Shown here: positions 49,351 to 60,190 of the stretch, piece after piece
Position numbering within the stretch: position 1 is the first letter of the stretch
Layout: each line of letters starts with the position of its first letter
NCBI GenBank assembly: GCA_026026165.1
Contig: JAPEUD010000091.1
Location: 1-64,000 of the forward strand
Source: Sarea resinae
Lineage: Eukaryota
Direction of reading: 5' to 3'
Length of the DNA stretch: 64,000 nt
Notes under the pieces: model-generated
Database searches by the model: none
What the model was told of the DNA's origin: nothing
The model's input: only the letters and a program-made list of their open reading frames with translations
Made by a program: the position numbers and the translations under genes

Positions 49351-51499
49351 ATGGCCAATTCATCCCAGGAGCCGTCAGAAAGAGCTCCGCTTCTTCCCAA
49401 GTCCGCTGGTCGCATTACCGAAAATGAGATTACCAATGCCGCAATTGCAAACAGCGCCCCCAATGTCGCCCAGCCACCTGGCGAGGACGAAGAGAATCAA
49501 GGCGCAGATGGGCCACCGAAAGCGCAATCCGAAGGCAATCCAGAAGTGAGGCAGAGGCTGAAATACATTCTACCTGCCGTTGGAATCGGGGTAAGCATAT
49601 CTGGGTAAATCTACCGTAATCAATGCCTTGCCCGCTGATGGAACCGAATGCGTCAGATCTTCCTCAGTGCCGCCGATCAAACCATTATAGTCTCGTCTTA
49701 TGGGCGAATTGGCAGGTATGGTCTTCCCGAAGCTGGGTGCCAATCTCATGACTGAGAGTGTGAAGTGATTTAAACGCATTAGCAAAAACCTCGTGGATCG
49801 CAACCGCGTAAGTTCTCCTTGTTGAGGTCCTCATGATCATCGTACTGATAGGGTCGTGGTGACGCAATAGCTATTTCTTGACATTGACTTCGGTCCAGCC
49901 CTTGTTTGGCAAATTGAGTGATATTTTTGGCCGTAAAGGATGCATTCTATTTGGGTATGCCGTGTTCGGACTTGGGTCTCTATTTTGTGGGCTCTCAAGG
50001 ACCATTGAGGAATTGGTAGCTGCCAGAGTAGGTCCCGCCCTCTACTCTATGGTTCTCTATTTGGACCCGCATCCCCTTTACTAAAACCTACATCTTTTGA
50101 CAGGCTTTTGCTGGCATTGGTGGCGGCGCAATGACGACTGTTGTTTCTATCCTTCTCTCTGACATCATTCCGTTAAGAGAGCGGGGAAAATGGCAGGGCT
50201 ATCTCAACATTATTTGGGCTTTTGGTTCTGCCGCTGGCGCTCCTCTAGGTATGCCTTCGTCTTTGAAACCGCCCATGCTGGCCTAACAATCATCTAGGCG
50301 GAATTCTCGCAGATGTAATCGGATGGCGATGGTAGGCTTGACCGTCTCCCCTTACTTAGTCGAAGGAACGGAGCTGACGAGATCAGGTCCTTCCTTATAC
50401 AGGCCCCCATGACGCTCGTGGCATTTGCCAGTGTCTACTTTCTCCTCTCGCTCCCAAAGCTAGACGAGAGTCACTGGAAAGAGAAGTTACGCCGGATAGA
50501 TTTTCTGGGTGCGGCAGTCCTCGTTATCGCCATTTCCACATTGCTTCTTGGCTTAGACCACGGGAGCAATGTTGCGTGGAGCTCGCCCGTGACTATATCA
50601 TGCCTCTGCGTGGCCTTCCCCCTTTCCTGCATCTTCGTTCTCGTGGAGATGAAGGTAGCCGTGGAGCCATTCACACCTGGCCACATAATCTTTGAACGAA
50701 GCCTAATCGCTTGCTTTCTATGCAATTTCTTCAGCTTCGGAGGCTATTTAGCAGCGATCTTCTACATCCCACTCTTTTTCCAGGCCGTCGATGGGCTGTC
50801 CGCTACCCAAGCAGGTGTGAGACTAATACCTTGCATCGTGAGCGGAGTATCAGGTTCGCTGTTCGCGGGCCTCTTGATGCAGAAGACGGGCCGTTACTAT
50901 TGGCTCACCGTGATCGCCTACACATGGCTCACGATCGGCATGTTACCTATCATACTCTTTTCAGGGGTCGTTACGAATTCCACATGGGGGATTTGCGCGG
51001 GTCTGGTCATTTGCGGGTTTGCGAATGGCATAGGAGTTACTTCGTCTCTCATTGGCCTCAGTAAGTCTTTGAGACACCGCTACCCCTATTTTCTATATGG
51101 TGCTAGTTTTGATTTTTGCTTCCCTACTTACTCTCTCCTCTCTCTCTCTTCATAGTCTCAAACGCATCCCGCGAGGACCAAGCGATAGTAACCGCCTGCT
51201 CGTACCTGTTCCGGTCCTTGGGTTCCGGCGTCGGCGTCTCACTCGCCGCGACCGTCGTGCAACAAACACTCCGGACTCAGCTACACAACTCGCTGAAGAG
51301 TGGCAAGGACGCCGACAAGATCATCAGGGGCGTCCGCGAGAGTCTGGAGTATATCAAGACGCTTGACCCGGAAGTGAAGCAGATTGTGCGATTGTGCTAC
51401 GAAAAATCCACGAGAGCCGGGTTCGTGCTCATGATTTGCATCCTTTCCGGCGCTATGGTCTCGAGCTTCTTCGTCAAGGAAAAGAAGTTGAGCCGTTGA
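49351..51499 (+). CDS. MFS transporter, DHA2/Vba (vacuolar basic amino acid transporter-like)
   Basis: Multi-exon. FLSAADQTII, SWIATAY, QPLFGKLSDIFGRK (motif A), SDIIPLRERGKWQG, IDFLGA, and an N-terminal acidic dileucine ERAPLL. Confidence 0.9.
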
Positions 51500-52051
51500 G
51501 GGACAAACGGCCCCTGCCTCGACACATAGGGTAGAACTAGATATTAGATGGGCATAATTTAAATAGCAGACTTTGATGGCTCTGAAGTACTCATGAAGCG
51601 CTCGTAGCGTTTTGCCAGATGGACATGCATCCCTTATAAGCCCAAGGCCATTGATTACTAGGTAGGGAGTGCGATGGAGTGCGACGATGCAATTCATACG
51701 GTAGCCGATGGCGAGGTATCTTTGCAACATAAATACTTCAGTAGAACCATTGTGGCAATCTTCGGTGAAAAGCGAATCTTTTCTCCGAGTCCGAGTACTG
51801 CCGTGCCCAAAATCCCACATGGGGAAATTGTATGCGCCTCCGTGCTACGACAGTCTCAGCGGTCTACGTTCACAATAGGTCTCCTGCTCTGTCTGTCCAC
51901 ATTGGCATTTGACAGATCCCCCTCGTTACGTCTGGCTCTATTCCAGGCAGCTCTCCTTGCCGGCTCCAGCCTCAGAAGCCGTCAGTTCTCACCTCTGTAT
52001 AGCTCGGCGCATCCTCTGTCAAATTACAGGCGCATCCAGAAGTGGGCCACC

Positions 52052-53528
52052 ATGGCCACCGAGGCGGTCACGAAACGCAAATGCGTCGGCGTCAGTTGCG
52101 AGAAGGATGCGGACACGCTCCAATGTCCCACCTGCCTGAAGATGGGCAAAGAGAGCTTCTTTTGCGGGCAAGACTGCTTCAAGAGAAGTTGGGTATGCGT
52201 TCCGACCTCCTTCGTGCGGCAGTAACCTCTGGCTGAGACCGGTCTAGGTTGAACATAAAGCCGTCCATAAATCCCAAAGTAATCCCCTCCGCAATCTCTT
52301 CCCTCCAAAAGCTGTCTCTGAACCCGACCCAGCAACCGGCCAATTTAACCCCTTCCCGAACTTCCCTTTCACTGGCGGCCTGAGGCCTCTGTATCCTCTG
52401 TCTCCTCGCCGCCAGGTCCCCGCATCGATAACGCATCCGGATTATGCACGAGACGGCATCCCCCGTTCCGAGCAGGTGTTTACCAATAGGAATAAGATCA
52501 CTGTGTTAGATAAGAAGCAGCAAGAAGGCATGAGGAAAGTATGTAGGCTAGCAAGAGAGGTCCTCGACATTGCTGCAAGAGCCGTGAAGCCCGGGGTCAC
52601 GACCGACTATATCGATGAGATAGTACATAAAGCTTGCTTGGAAAGAGATGTAAGCCTCTCCCAATATTCGAACTGTCAAGATACGAGATCAGAATCGTAT
52701 AGCACGGCTGTTCTGATCGCTTAGATCTTGGAATGACTGATTGGGGTCGGCTTTACTGATCTTCATATAGTCATACCCCTCGCCACTAAACTACTGCCAT
52801 TTCCCCAAATCAGTCTGCACCTCACCGAACGAAGTCATCTGTCATGGCATTCCCGACAACCGGAAGCTTCAAGACGGCGATATCGTCAACCTCGACGTCA
52901 CTCTCTACCACGGGGGCTTCCACGGCGATATCAACGAGACCTACTACGTAGGCGACCGCGCCCTTGCCGACCCGGACTCCGTCCGTGTTGTGGAGACCGC
53001 TCGCGAGTGCTTGGATGAGTCCATCAAGCTCGTCAAGCCTGGCATGCTCTTCCGCGATCCCGGCACGGTCATCGAGAAACATGCCAAGAGCAAAGGTTGC
53101 AGCGTCATCAAGACCTACTGCGGACATGGCATCAATTCCCTCTTTCACTGCGCACCAAACGTGCCGCATTACGCAAAGAACAAGGCTGTCGGAACCGCAA
53201 AGGAAGGCGTCTGCTTCACGATCGAACCCATGGTCAGCCTGGGGTCGTATCGGGACAAGACCTGGCCAGACGACTGGACCAGCGTGACTACCGACGGGTC
53301 GAGAACAGCTCAGTTTGGTAAGACCACCGAAGGCTTGCTGCTGGTAGCATTTGCCCCCCTCATTGCTAACATACCTGTGTAGAACACACTTTGCTCGTGA
53401 CGGCCGACGGTGTGGAAGTCCTCACGGCCCGACTACCGGACTCGCCGGGCGGGCCAGTACCGATGCCCGAGAAGAAACCCGTCGATGGAGTGGCAGCTAG
53501 TACGAATGGTGAGAAGGCGGCTGCGTAA
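52052..53528 (+). CDS. MAP1: Methionine aminopeptidase 1
   Basis: N-terminal zinc finger (LQCPTC...FCGQDCF...HK). Introns 52193-52247, ~52649-52770, ~53317-53382. [55 protein letters not shown]. Confidence 0.96.
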
Positions 53529-53756
53529 GGTAGATGAACCCCATCAAGGAATGACGATTCGTGAATCCGGCAGTCTTGGGCGCACGAGCGCGTGCGCGTG
53601 CGTGTGCGTTGTAGAGCTGGCGGTTCTTTCGTTTGAGAGTACAGTGGCCTCCTCATCATCATCATGATTTACGGTACGATAAGAGAGCATATGTCTTCCG
53701 ATCACTTCTATGAAGCAAAGCATCTAGCGATATATACATGGGGATATGCATTCTCA

Positions 53757-54530
53757 CCATCATCATCATCATCATCATCATCACACTAGCCTACCTAGCC
53801 TACCTACATTACTGACGTCCCTTTCCTTTCCTAAACTAAAACCACACTGCCTTCCGCCCCTCTGAGCTCATGTCATATCATATCCTCCAAGACCCGTTCA
53901 AAATGTCAAGAACCCCCCCCCCCCCCCTCCCCCCCAACAAAACCAAAAAAAAGAACAGAAACCAAAGGACCAGACACATCTCGAGACATCTCGAGACACC
54001 TCGCGGCTCGAACCAAGTTCCAAGTGAAGGGACCAATCTTCGACTTCCAGGTGCAGTGCAGTGCAGTGTAGTCCAGGAAAGGGGTCCATGATTCTAGAGA
54101 AACAAAAGTTCCCTGAAGGAAATAAAAACACAAAACGGCCTACTCTATTACTTTATCATCATCATCGTCATCATCATCATCATCCAGACAGAGGGAGTAA
54201 GAGAGTGAGTGAGTCGTTCACAGTCGAACAGCCAATCCAACCCAACCCAACCCAACCCAACCCTCTTACACTTTTACATTTCACATGTCCATTTCACATG
54301 TCCCATCTCACAACTACATGCCCCATCCCCGAACAAGATCCCAAGAAACGAAAAATCTAGACGGTAGTATAATGGGGAATCGGGAATCATATTTCGTGGT
54401 GGAATGAAGAGAAAAAAGAAAAGAAAAATGGTAGTGTACTAGGAACAAGATCGCTCTCTCTCTCTCTCTCTCATACTCGTCCCTCTCCGATTCTCTCGCT
54501 CTCGTCACCACACACGCACACACACGAATA
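53757..54530. repeat. Cluster of simple repeats in the MAP1/ERV14 convergent 3' region ((CAT)n, poly-C, (CCCAA)n, (CT)n, (CA)n)
   Basis: Directly visible low-complexity tracts. Confidence 0.85.
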
Positions 54531-54871
54531 CACCACTCCCAACTAGATTTATGCCGCAGCTTGCCGCCCTCGTCCAACCCTTCCCTTCTCTTCTCTCCGC
54601 TTCGCTTCGCTTCAGATCGCTATCCAGAGATTTACATTCCCGTTCTCCCGCTCTGAAATCATCCCCCCTACCCCAATGCAGTGTCGTGTGCCCCCATCCC
54701 TCGCCCTTCCCCTTTCCCCTTCGCTCCGCCTCGTTCCGAGAGCGCCTCCAGAGAGCATGCCCGGTAGCGCAAGGACCACGCGCGCGTTGGTGCTGATGTT
54801 CATGAGGGGTGAGCTGCGCACGCTCATGCGGGACCGCCCTCGCGCATACTCCTGGCTGCCTTGGCGTGCAG

Positions 54872-55672
54872 TCAATCCGACTCGTCGCGAATGAGCGCCG
54901 TTATCATCTGGAACAGGTAGAAGAAGAACAGGACCAGATGGAAGCCCAGTTTGATGAAGGACTCCTGTGAGCGAGTAGTGACCTTGTGTTAGTGATTGAT
55001 TCGTTTCTAGAGGGGTTGCGGGAAGGGACGATGTGTAGTCGCGAAAGGTAGAAAAGGGAGGGTGACGGACCTTCTTGTGGACGTTCAGCTTCCGGAAGAT
55101 CTCGGTGGCATCTAGAAGGTGTTGGTTGTCGAAGATCCTATAGACGTCTGGTCAGTAAAGGAATTACCGGTGGGGCGCAGCGGCTCATGGGCTCAAGGGT
55201 CCGTGTCTGGCGGCGGCCTTTTGCCCAATAAGGAAGATGACGACTCACTTCTTGGCATTCCATGCCAACAGAGGCAGGTTCAGTATTAAGGCTAGCCAGT
55301 AGCCGTTGATCAGGAAGAGGAAGGTCAGGAAGGCGTGGACACCTGCTTCGGGGATGATCCAGGTGTTGAGTCTGTTACAAAGGTCGATAGGGTTGATATA
55401 GTCACTGTCCGAGAGCAGAACAAGTCAGCAAATCTTCATTCTCTCGCCAATCGAAAGAAAAGCGCCTCGAGGATGGGATGATCAAGAGCAAAATGCACTC
55501 ATCCAAGGCGCGCGAGAGAAGGCGAAGGCCGACGCTGCAATACAGAGGTCCCGAAGCAGGGCACAACTCACCATTCCAGATCACTGTACATGATAGTGAA
55601 GAACACCTGCAGGAACAAGTTCACCGCATTTATCAACACGGCCAGGAGGTACAGCCATGCTTCCCCCAACAT
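54872..55672 (-). CDS. ERV14: Cornichon-family ER cargo receptor Erv14
   Basis: Four small exons missed by the ORF track: [34 protein letters not shown] / [13 protein letters not shown]...NAKK / [22 protein letters not shown] / [17 protein letters not shown]. Introns ~55405-55571, ~55138-55248, ~54966-55071. Confidence 0.95.
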
Positions 55673-56221
55673 GCTGAAGGATGTATGCGCTCGCTCTCCG
55701 CGGCCCTAGACGATCAAAGAGAGGGGATGCTTCGAGACTCTCGACCAGAGAATCGGACGGAGGAAGGTATTCGGGGAGCGTGAAGGGGCAGAAGATGGCG
55801 ATGATGGCAGCAGTAGGCCTCACGTTAGGAGCTTGGCGATAGGCTTGGGGATGGTGCAGGATCTGATCGAGGCGGCTTGCTGGAAGAGGATGGGAACAGC
55901 GAGGCCGATACCAGTGCAATTAACGATCGAACCGCAGTCGTGAACGTGGGAACGTAGGACGTAATCTTTGGTCGGGCGGAGCGAGCTTGGACGTTGGTAT
56001 CTTGGTGTTGGCCCGTCCGTGTGTGTGTGTGTGTGGGTGTGGGGAGAGGCAGAGTAGAGCGGCTCAAGCGGACACGAGTGGCAGTTATGTGATCCATCAT
56101 GGATGCCAAGCCGTGGATGGGGGTGGTCAAGATATCGACTTGATCCTCATCGTGATACAGAACAATTCTCCATGGCTTCACATATCCGAAGGCAGCACGG
56201 GGGGATGTAGAGAGGCAGGAG

Positions 56222-57343
56222 ATGGAGAACAGAGCTGCAGCAAATGCACTGGGGACGTTGGGTGCGGTTCGTCATGCTATCATCTCCAGTAACTCATCCG
56301 TGGCATGAACCGTCCTCATTAACGAGATGGCGATACTCTAGGTCTGCTGGTCAATCCAGGTATGCTGTAGTTCGATGAAAGATAAATGGCCCCCCTTCGT
56401 GATGTATCGTGAACTCATCCATGGTCTAGTTGATTCCCCAAATCATCATCAATTATCGGAGGCACCATACCATAGGCCTCCAACCTTCAATGATGATGCT
56501 TTGGGCCATGGCAGGGGTGCCCCTAGGCGTGTATAATATCGTCGAAGACTTCAACATTGCACTGCACATCCAGCCACAGATCCTGACGGCATTAAGCCTG
56601 ATCACCTGGATGCAATGTGGCTACTATGGAAAGGTTTCAAGCCTTCATCCCCCCCCTTTAGTCCGCCTTTTCAAAGTATGGAACAATCTGACAGCTCATA
56701 TCAGAAATGGTCGGTGGGGAAGTGCATCGCCATCACTGCTCCCATCGCGATGACAATGGGTGGTGTGCAGGCTGGGCTCATCATTGGACTGCGTATCGCG
56801 AGAAACCACTCTGTTCGATGGCCATTGACGCTGATGGGAGTCCTGAGCGCTTGCTTCTTGGCTGCCGGTGTGCTGCGGCATTACTGGGACATCTATGTGC
56901 ATCGCACCGTGCGTGGGATAAGCCCGATCTTCGTATCCATAGATGCGGCCGGGGATCTGTTCTCCTTGTTGTCCATTCGTACGTGCTCCCTTGCTCCTGC
57001 GCATGGCGTCTTTGATTGTACATTGACAGCGATTCAAGCTTTCCAACCTAGCATCAACGTTCTGGGTATAGTGACATATGCGACCGAGCTGGTTCTTTGG
57101 ATTGGAGTTCTTTTGTGCTTTGCATTTTATAATCTCAGATCTTGGATCAAGCTAAGACGTGGCCTAGAACCAGAGCCAGGAGAGGAAGGCGAGCAGCAGT
57201 CACCGTCGCGTCAGGGCGGAGAGGTATCGCTGTCGCTGCACGAAATGCCATCATCCACTTCGGTCTTCCGGACTCCTTCGCAGCTGGATACTGTGAGGAG
57301 CCGAGGAACACACTTATCGGAAATAGAGAATGGAGATCTGTGA
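56222..57343 (+). CDS. PQ-loop repeat membrane protein
   Basis: MENRAAANALGTLGA / 18-nt micro-exon VCWSIQ (56342-56359) / LIPQIIINYRRH...GLQPSMMMLW...IQPQI. Second half contains VRGISPIFVSIDAAGDLFS. Confidence 0.88.
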
Positions 57344-57641
57344 TTTCACCTCACCACAAGTAAGCTGATCGATCAGATGCTCATGTGCTTCGCGTCCCCT
57401 AGCCCGTGACCCACGCTGTGAGAGAGGGTGATATCACGACAACTGACATACAAGTATGAGAATCGGAAAGGGGCATGAATGAAGTATTTTATATCTACAT
57501 ACTACCGGCAGATCTCCTGATCCGTCTTTAAACTTGGATGCAAAGCGAGGTAAAGAAAATACGCATAGCCACACTCCCACTCACCCTTAATGCAAATGCA
57601 GAGAGAAGATGTCAAAGAAAAAAAGGAGCCCGCAAGTTCAA

Positions 57642-59426
57642 TCAATCCCAGTACTTAATAACGCCATCCAAGCCAGCGGTTGCGATCTTGCTCGTCTCCT
57701 GTGGATGCCACTGGGCGGCGACGACAGGCCCATCGCTGGCGATCATCTTGTGCCACATCTTGCAAGTCTTCCAGTCCCAGAAGCAGACGTAGCCGCCGCT
57801 GTCACCGCTCATGACGAACTGGCCGTCGGGCGACACGGCCACGTCAATGGCGTAGCCGGCGTTGTTGTGCCCGCGGAACGACTTCTTGCGGTTCTGCCGG
57901 AACCGGTCCGTCGCTGCATACACGACGATCTGGTTGTCGCCCGACTGGAACGCCACGTATTTACCCGACGGGTGCGGCGCCGACCGGATCAGAGAGTACA
58001 TGTACGGCTCGGCGATGAACTTGATCGGCACGGGGATGTTGTACTCCCAGGCCCGCAGCGACTTGTCGTCCGATGTCGTGATGAAGCGCCGGTTCTGGTC
58101 GACGAACGTGATCGTGTTGACGGGGCCCAGGTGATGGTCGTACTCCTGGGTGGGCTCTTTGGCATCCGGGACGCGCGTGTCAAACTGCACGATCTTCTTG
58201 TCTGACATGCCGGCTAGGAATTCTGACGAGTGCTCGGGTGACGGATTGAATCGGATGACGTGCGGGATCTTTCCAGTGCTGTAGCGCGAGATGCATTTAC
58301 CGTATTCCGTGTCCCAGAGCTTCATTTGACGGTCGTAAGAGGCAGATAGGAAGCGCGTGCCGTCTGGATTGAAGGTAACGTCGGTGACAGATTTGGTGTG
58401 GCCGGAGAAAGTGCGCAGGAGTTCGCGGTCATGATAGACGTCCCATAACTTGATTTTCGAGTCGGCCGAAGAAGAAAGCAAGAGATGTCCTGAGTTGGGG
58501 AAGAAGCGTAACGCGGTGATGGCTTTGCTGTGGGATTTCCAGGTATGGATGTGCTTCTTGGGCACGTAATTCTTGACTGTTCCCGGCTCGGCGCGCAGGT
58601 CGATGTCGAGGTCTTGTGGGACGTGCATGTAAGTTCGACCTTGGTAGTCGAATTGCGCCGAGCCGTGGAACTCGCTCGTCTCGTTTGCTGTGGCGTTGTC
58701 CTGATAATCAGTGCCGGCTTTGCTGGTTGGTGGTGGCAGGACCGGCGCCACGATTTCCTCCTCGGCGTACTCCTCGTCGCTGGCGAGTTCCTCGCCGGCC
58801 ACGGCGGCTTCGTCCTCGAGCGCCTGATACTCGTCCTGGTAACGCGCCCACGGGCCTTTATAGGCGCCCTCGCCATCGACGATCGAAGAGTCACCCTTTT
58901 TCTGCCGTTTCCTCCGCAACGCCTCGCTCTGTTCTTTCGACGGCCGCATTTGCACCACATCTCTCCCACCGAGCCTTTCTGCTGTGGCTATGTCCCCCAC
59001 GTAGCTGCCATCCGGAGCTTTCGTGTATCCGAGACTTTGAAAGGTGCGGTGCTGTGTATTGAACGTGGTGTCACTAACGACTGCTTCCTCGGCGTATCCA
59101 GTGATAAGATTCTTGCGTTTGAGTGCATTGCCGCTGGCGCTCTTGAACGGGTTTCCCGGTCCTTGCGCCGGCCGTGCTAGGTTTTCGTACGGGACGTTGT
59201 AGGCTATTGATTTGTCTGTTGGTCGGACGAGCATCATTTGCTGCACCGGATCCTGCGACAAAGTTAGATATCCGCATAATGATAGTATTCTAGTAGACCA
59301 AACCTCTACTGAAACATCTGGTGCGGCGACAATCGAGGATGCGGTTGTCGTGGCTGGGGGCTTCGCAGTCGCAGAGGCCGTCTCATCGTCACTGGAGCCG
59401 TAGTCGATGCCCAACAAGGAGGTCAT
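57642..59426 (-). CDS. PRP17: Pre-mRNA splicing factor Prp17/Cdc40 (WD40)
   Basis: FDYQGRTYMHVP, QEYDHHLGPVN, SDDKSLRAWEY, IAEPYMYS, FQSGDNQI, C-terminal IKYWD. One 51-nt intron at 59253-59303. Confidence 0.95.
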   Translation of the reverse strand: MTSLLGIDYGSSDDETASATAKPPATTTASSIVAAPDVSVEVWSTRILSLCGYLTLSQDPVQQMMLVRPTDKSIAYNVPYENLARPAQGPGNPFKSASGNALKRKNLITGYAEEAVVSDTTFNTQHRTFQSLGYTKAPDGSYVGDIATAERLGGRDVVQMRPSKEQSEALRRKRQKKGDSSIVDGEGAYKGPWARYQDEYQALEDEAAVAGEELASDEEYAEEEIVAPVLPPPTSKAGTDYQDNATANETSEFHGSAQFDYQGRTYMHVPQDLDIDLRAEPGTVKNYVPKKHIHTWKSHSKAITALRFFPNSGHLLLSSSADSKIKLWDVYHDRELLRTFSGHTKSVTDVTFNPDGTRFLSASYDRQMKLWDTEYGKCISRYSTGKIPHVIRFNPSPEHSSEFLAGMSDKKIVQFDTRVPDAKEPTQEYDHHLGPVNTITFVDQNRRFITTSDDKSLRAWEYNIPVPIKFIAEPYMYSLIRSAPHPSGKYVAFQSGDNQIVVYAATDRFRQNRKKSFRGHNNAGYAIDVAVSPDGQFVMSGDSGGYVCFWDWKTCKMWHKMIASDGPVVAAQWHPQETSKIATAGLDGVIKYWD

Positions 59427-60190
59427 ATTGAGGCGGTCGATGATGGAGTGTGTCAATGATGAGAACTCGCAATTCGGCTTGTTTGGTACGCCAGGTCGTC
59501 CTTCTCATCTTTATTTGAGATCCGCTGCAAGATGATGATCACAACGTTTGTTGCGCTTATAGTCCCCCGTAGGATCAGTCCGTCTCCCGTAGGATCTACG
59601 CAAAACACCAATTTCGAGGAATGGCATCTATCCATGGATATATAACGAACAATACTGCGCAGTAAATTACTCAGATGCTGCACGACCTAGTCATTTGTGG
59701 ATAGGTAATATTTGGAAAGATACATCAAAGGCTTGCGAAAGAACAATTCAACGAGACATACTCAACCTGTGCCAGTGTTAAGACATCGCTTCCGTTATCG
59801 ATGTGGCGGTCATGGCTGGTCATGGTAAGCAAGATAGAGAGATAGAGATAGGAATAGGTATACGAGCAGGTGAAGTCATATCTTATAGGAGAGGTGAATA
59901 TGATAGCAATACACCGGCCGCTGCTGAGTCCAAGCATAAACAAGTCAGGACGATCGACAAGAGAGACCCATTGTCCACCAATCTAAGAATATATAATATA
60001 GAATATAGGTAAGACGCTCAGATGTAAGATGAAATTGCTCCAGCAATGCCCGAGCAAGCTTGGAAATAAATGAAGGCCAACGCGATGCAAACGTAACATC
60101 ATGCAACATAGCACAGAATATTTTCTTCCATTTACCCATCCAGCCATTCGTCCGTCCGTACGCTCTTGAACAGAGATCCACAACCCGCAA

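Noticed and set aside
51674..51901. In-frame ATG at 51674 as the MAP1 start
   Set aside because: It lies only ~175 bp after the MFS stop and is followed by out-of-frame ATGs. The encoded N-terminus is acidic and not presequence-like, so it is probably upstream of the TSS, though not fully excluded.
57609..59180. Long antisense and alternative-frame ORFs over PRP17 (and similar ones over other genes)
   Set aside because: These are expected shadows of GC-rich coding sequence and show no recognisable motifs.
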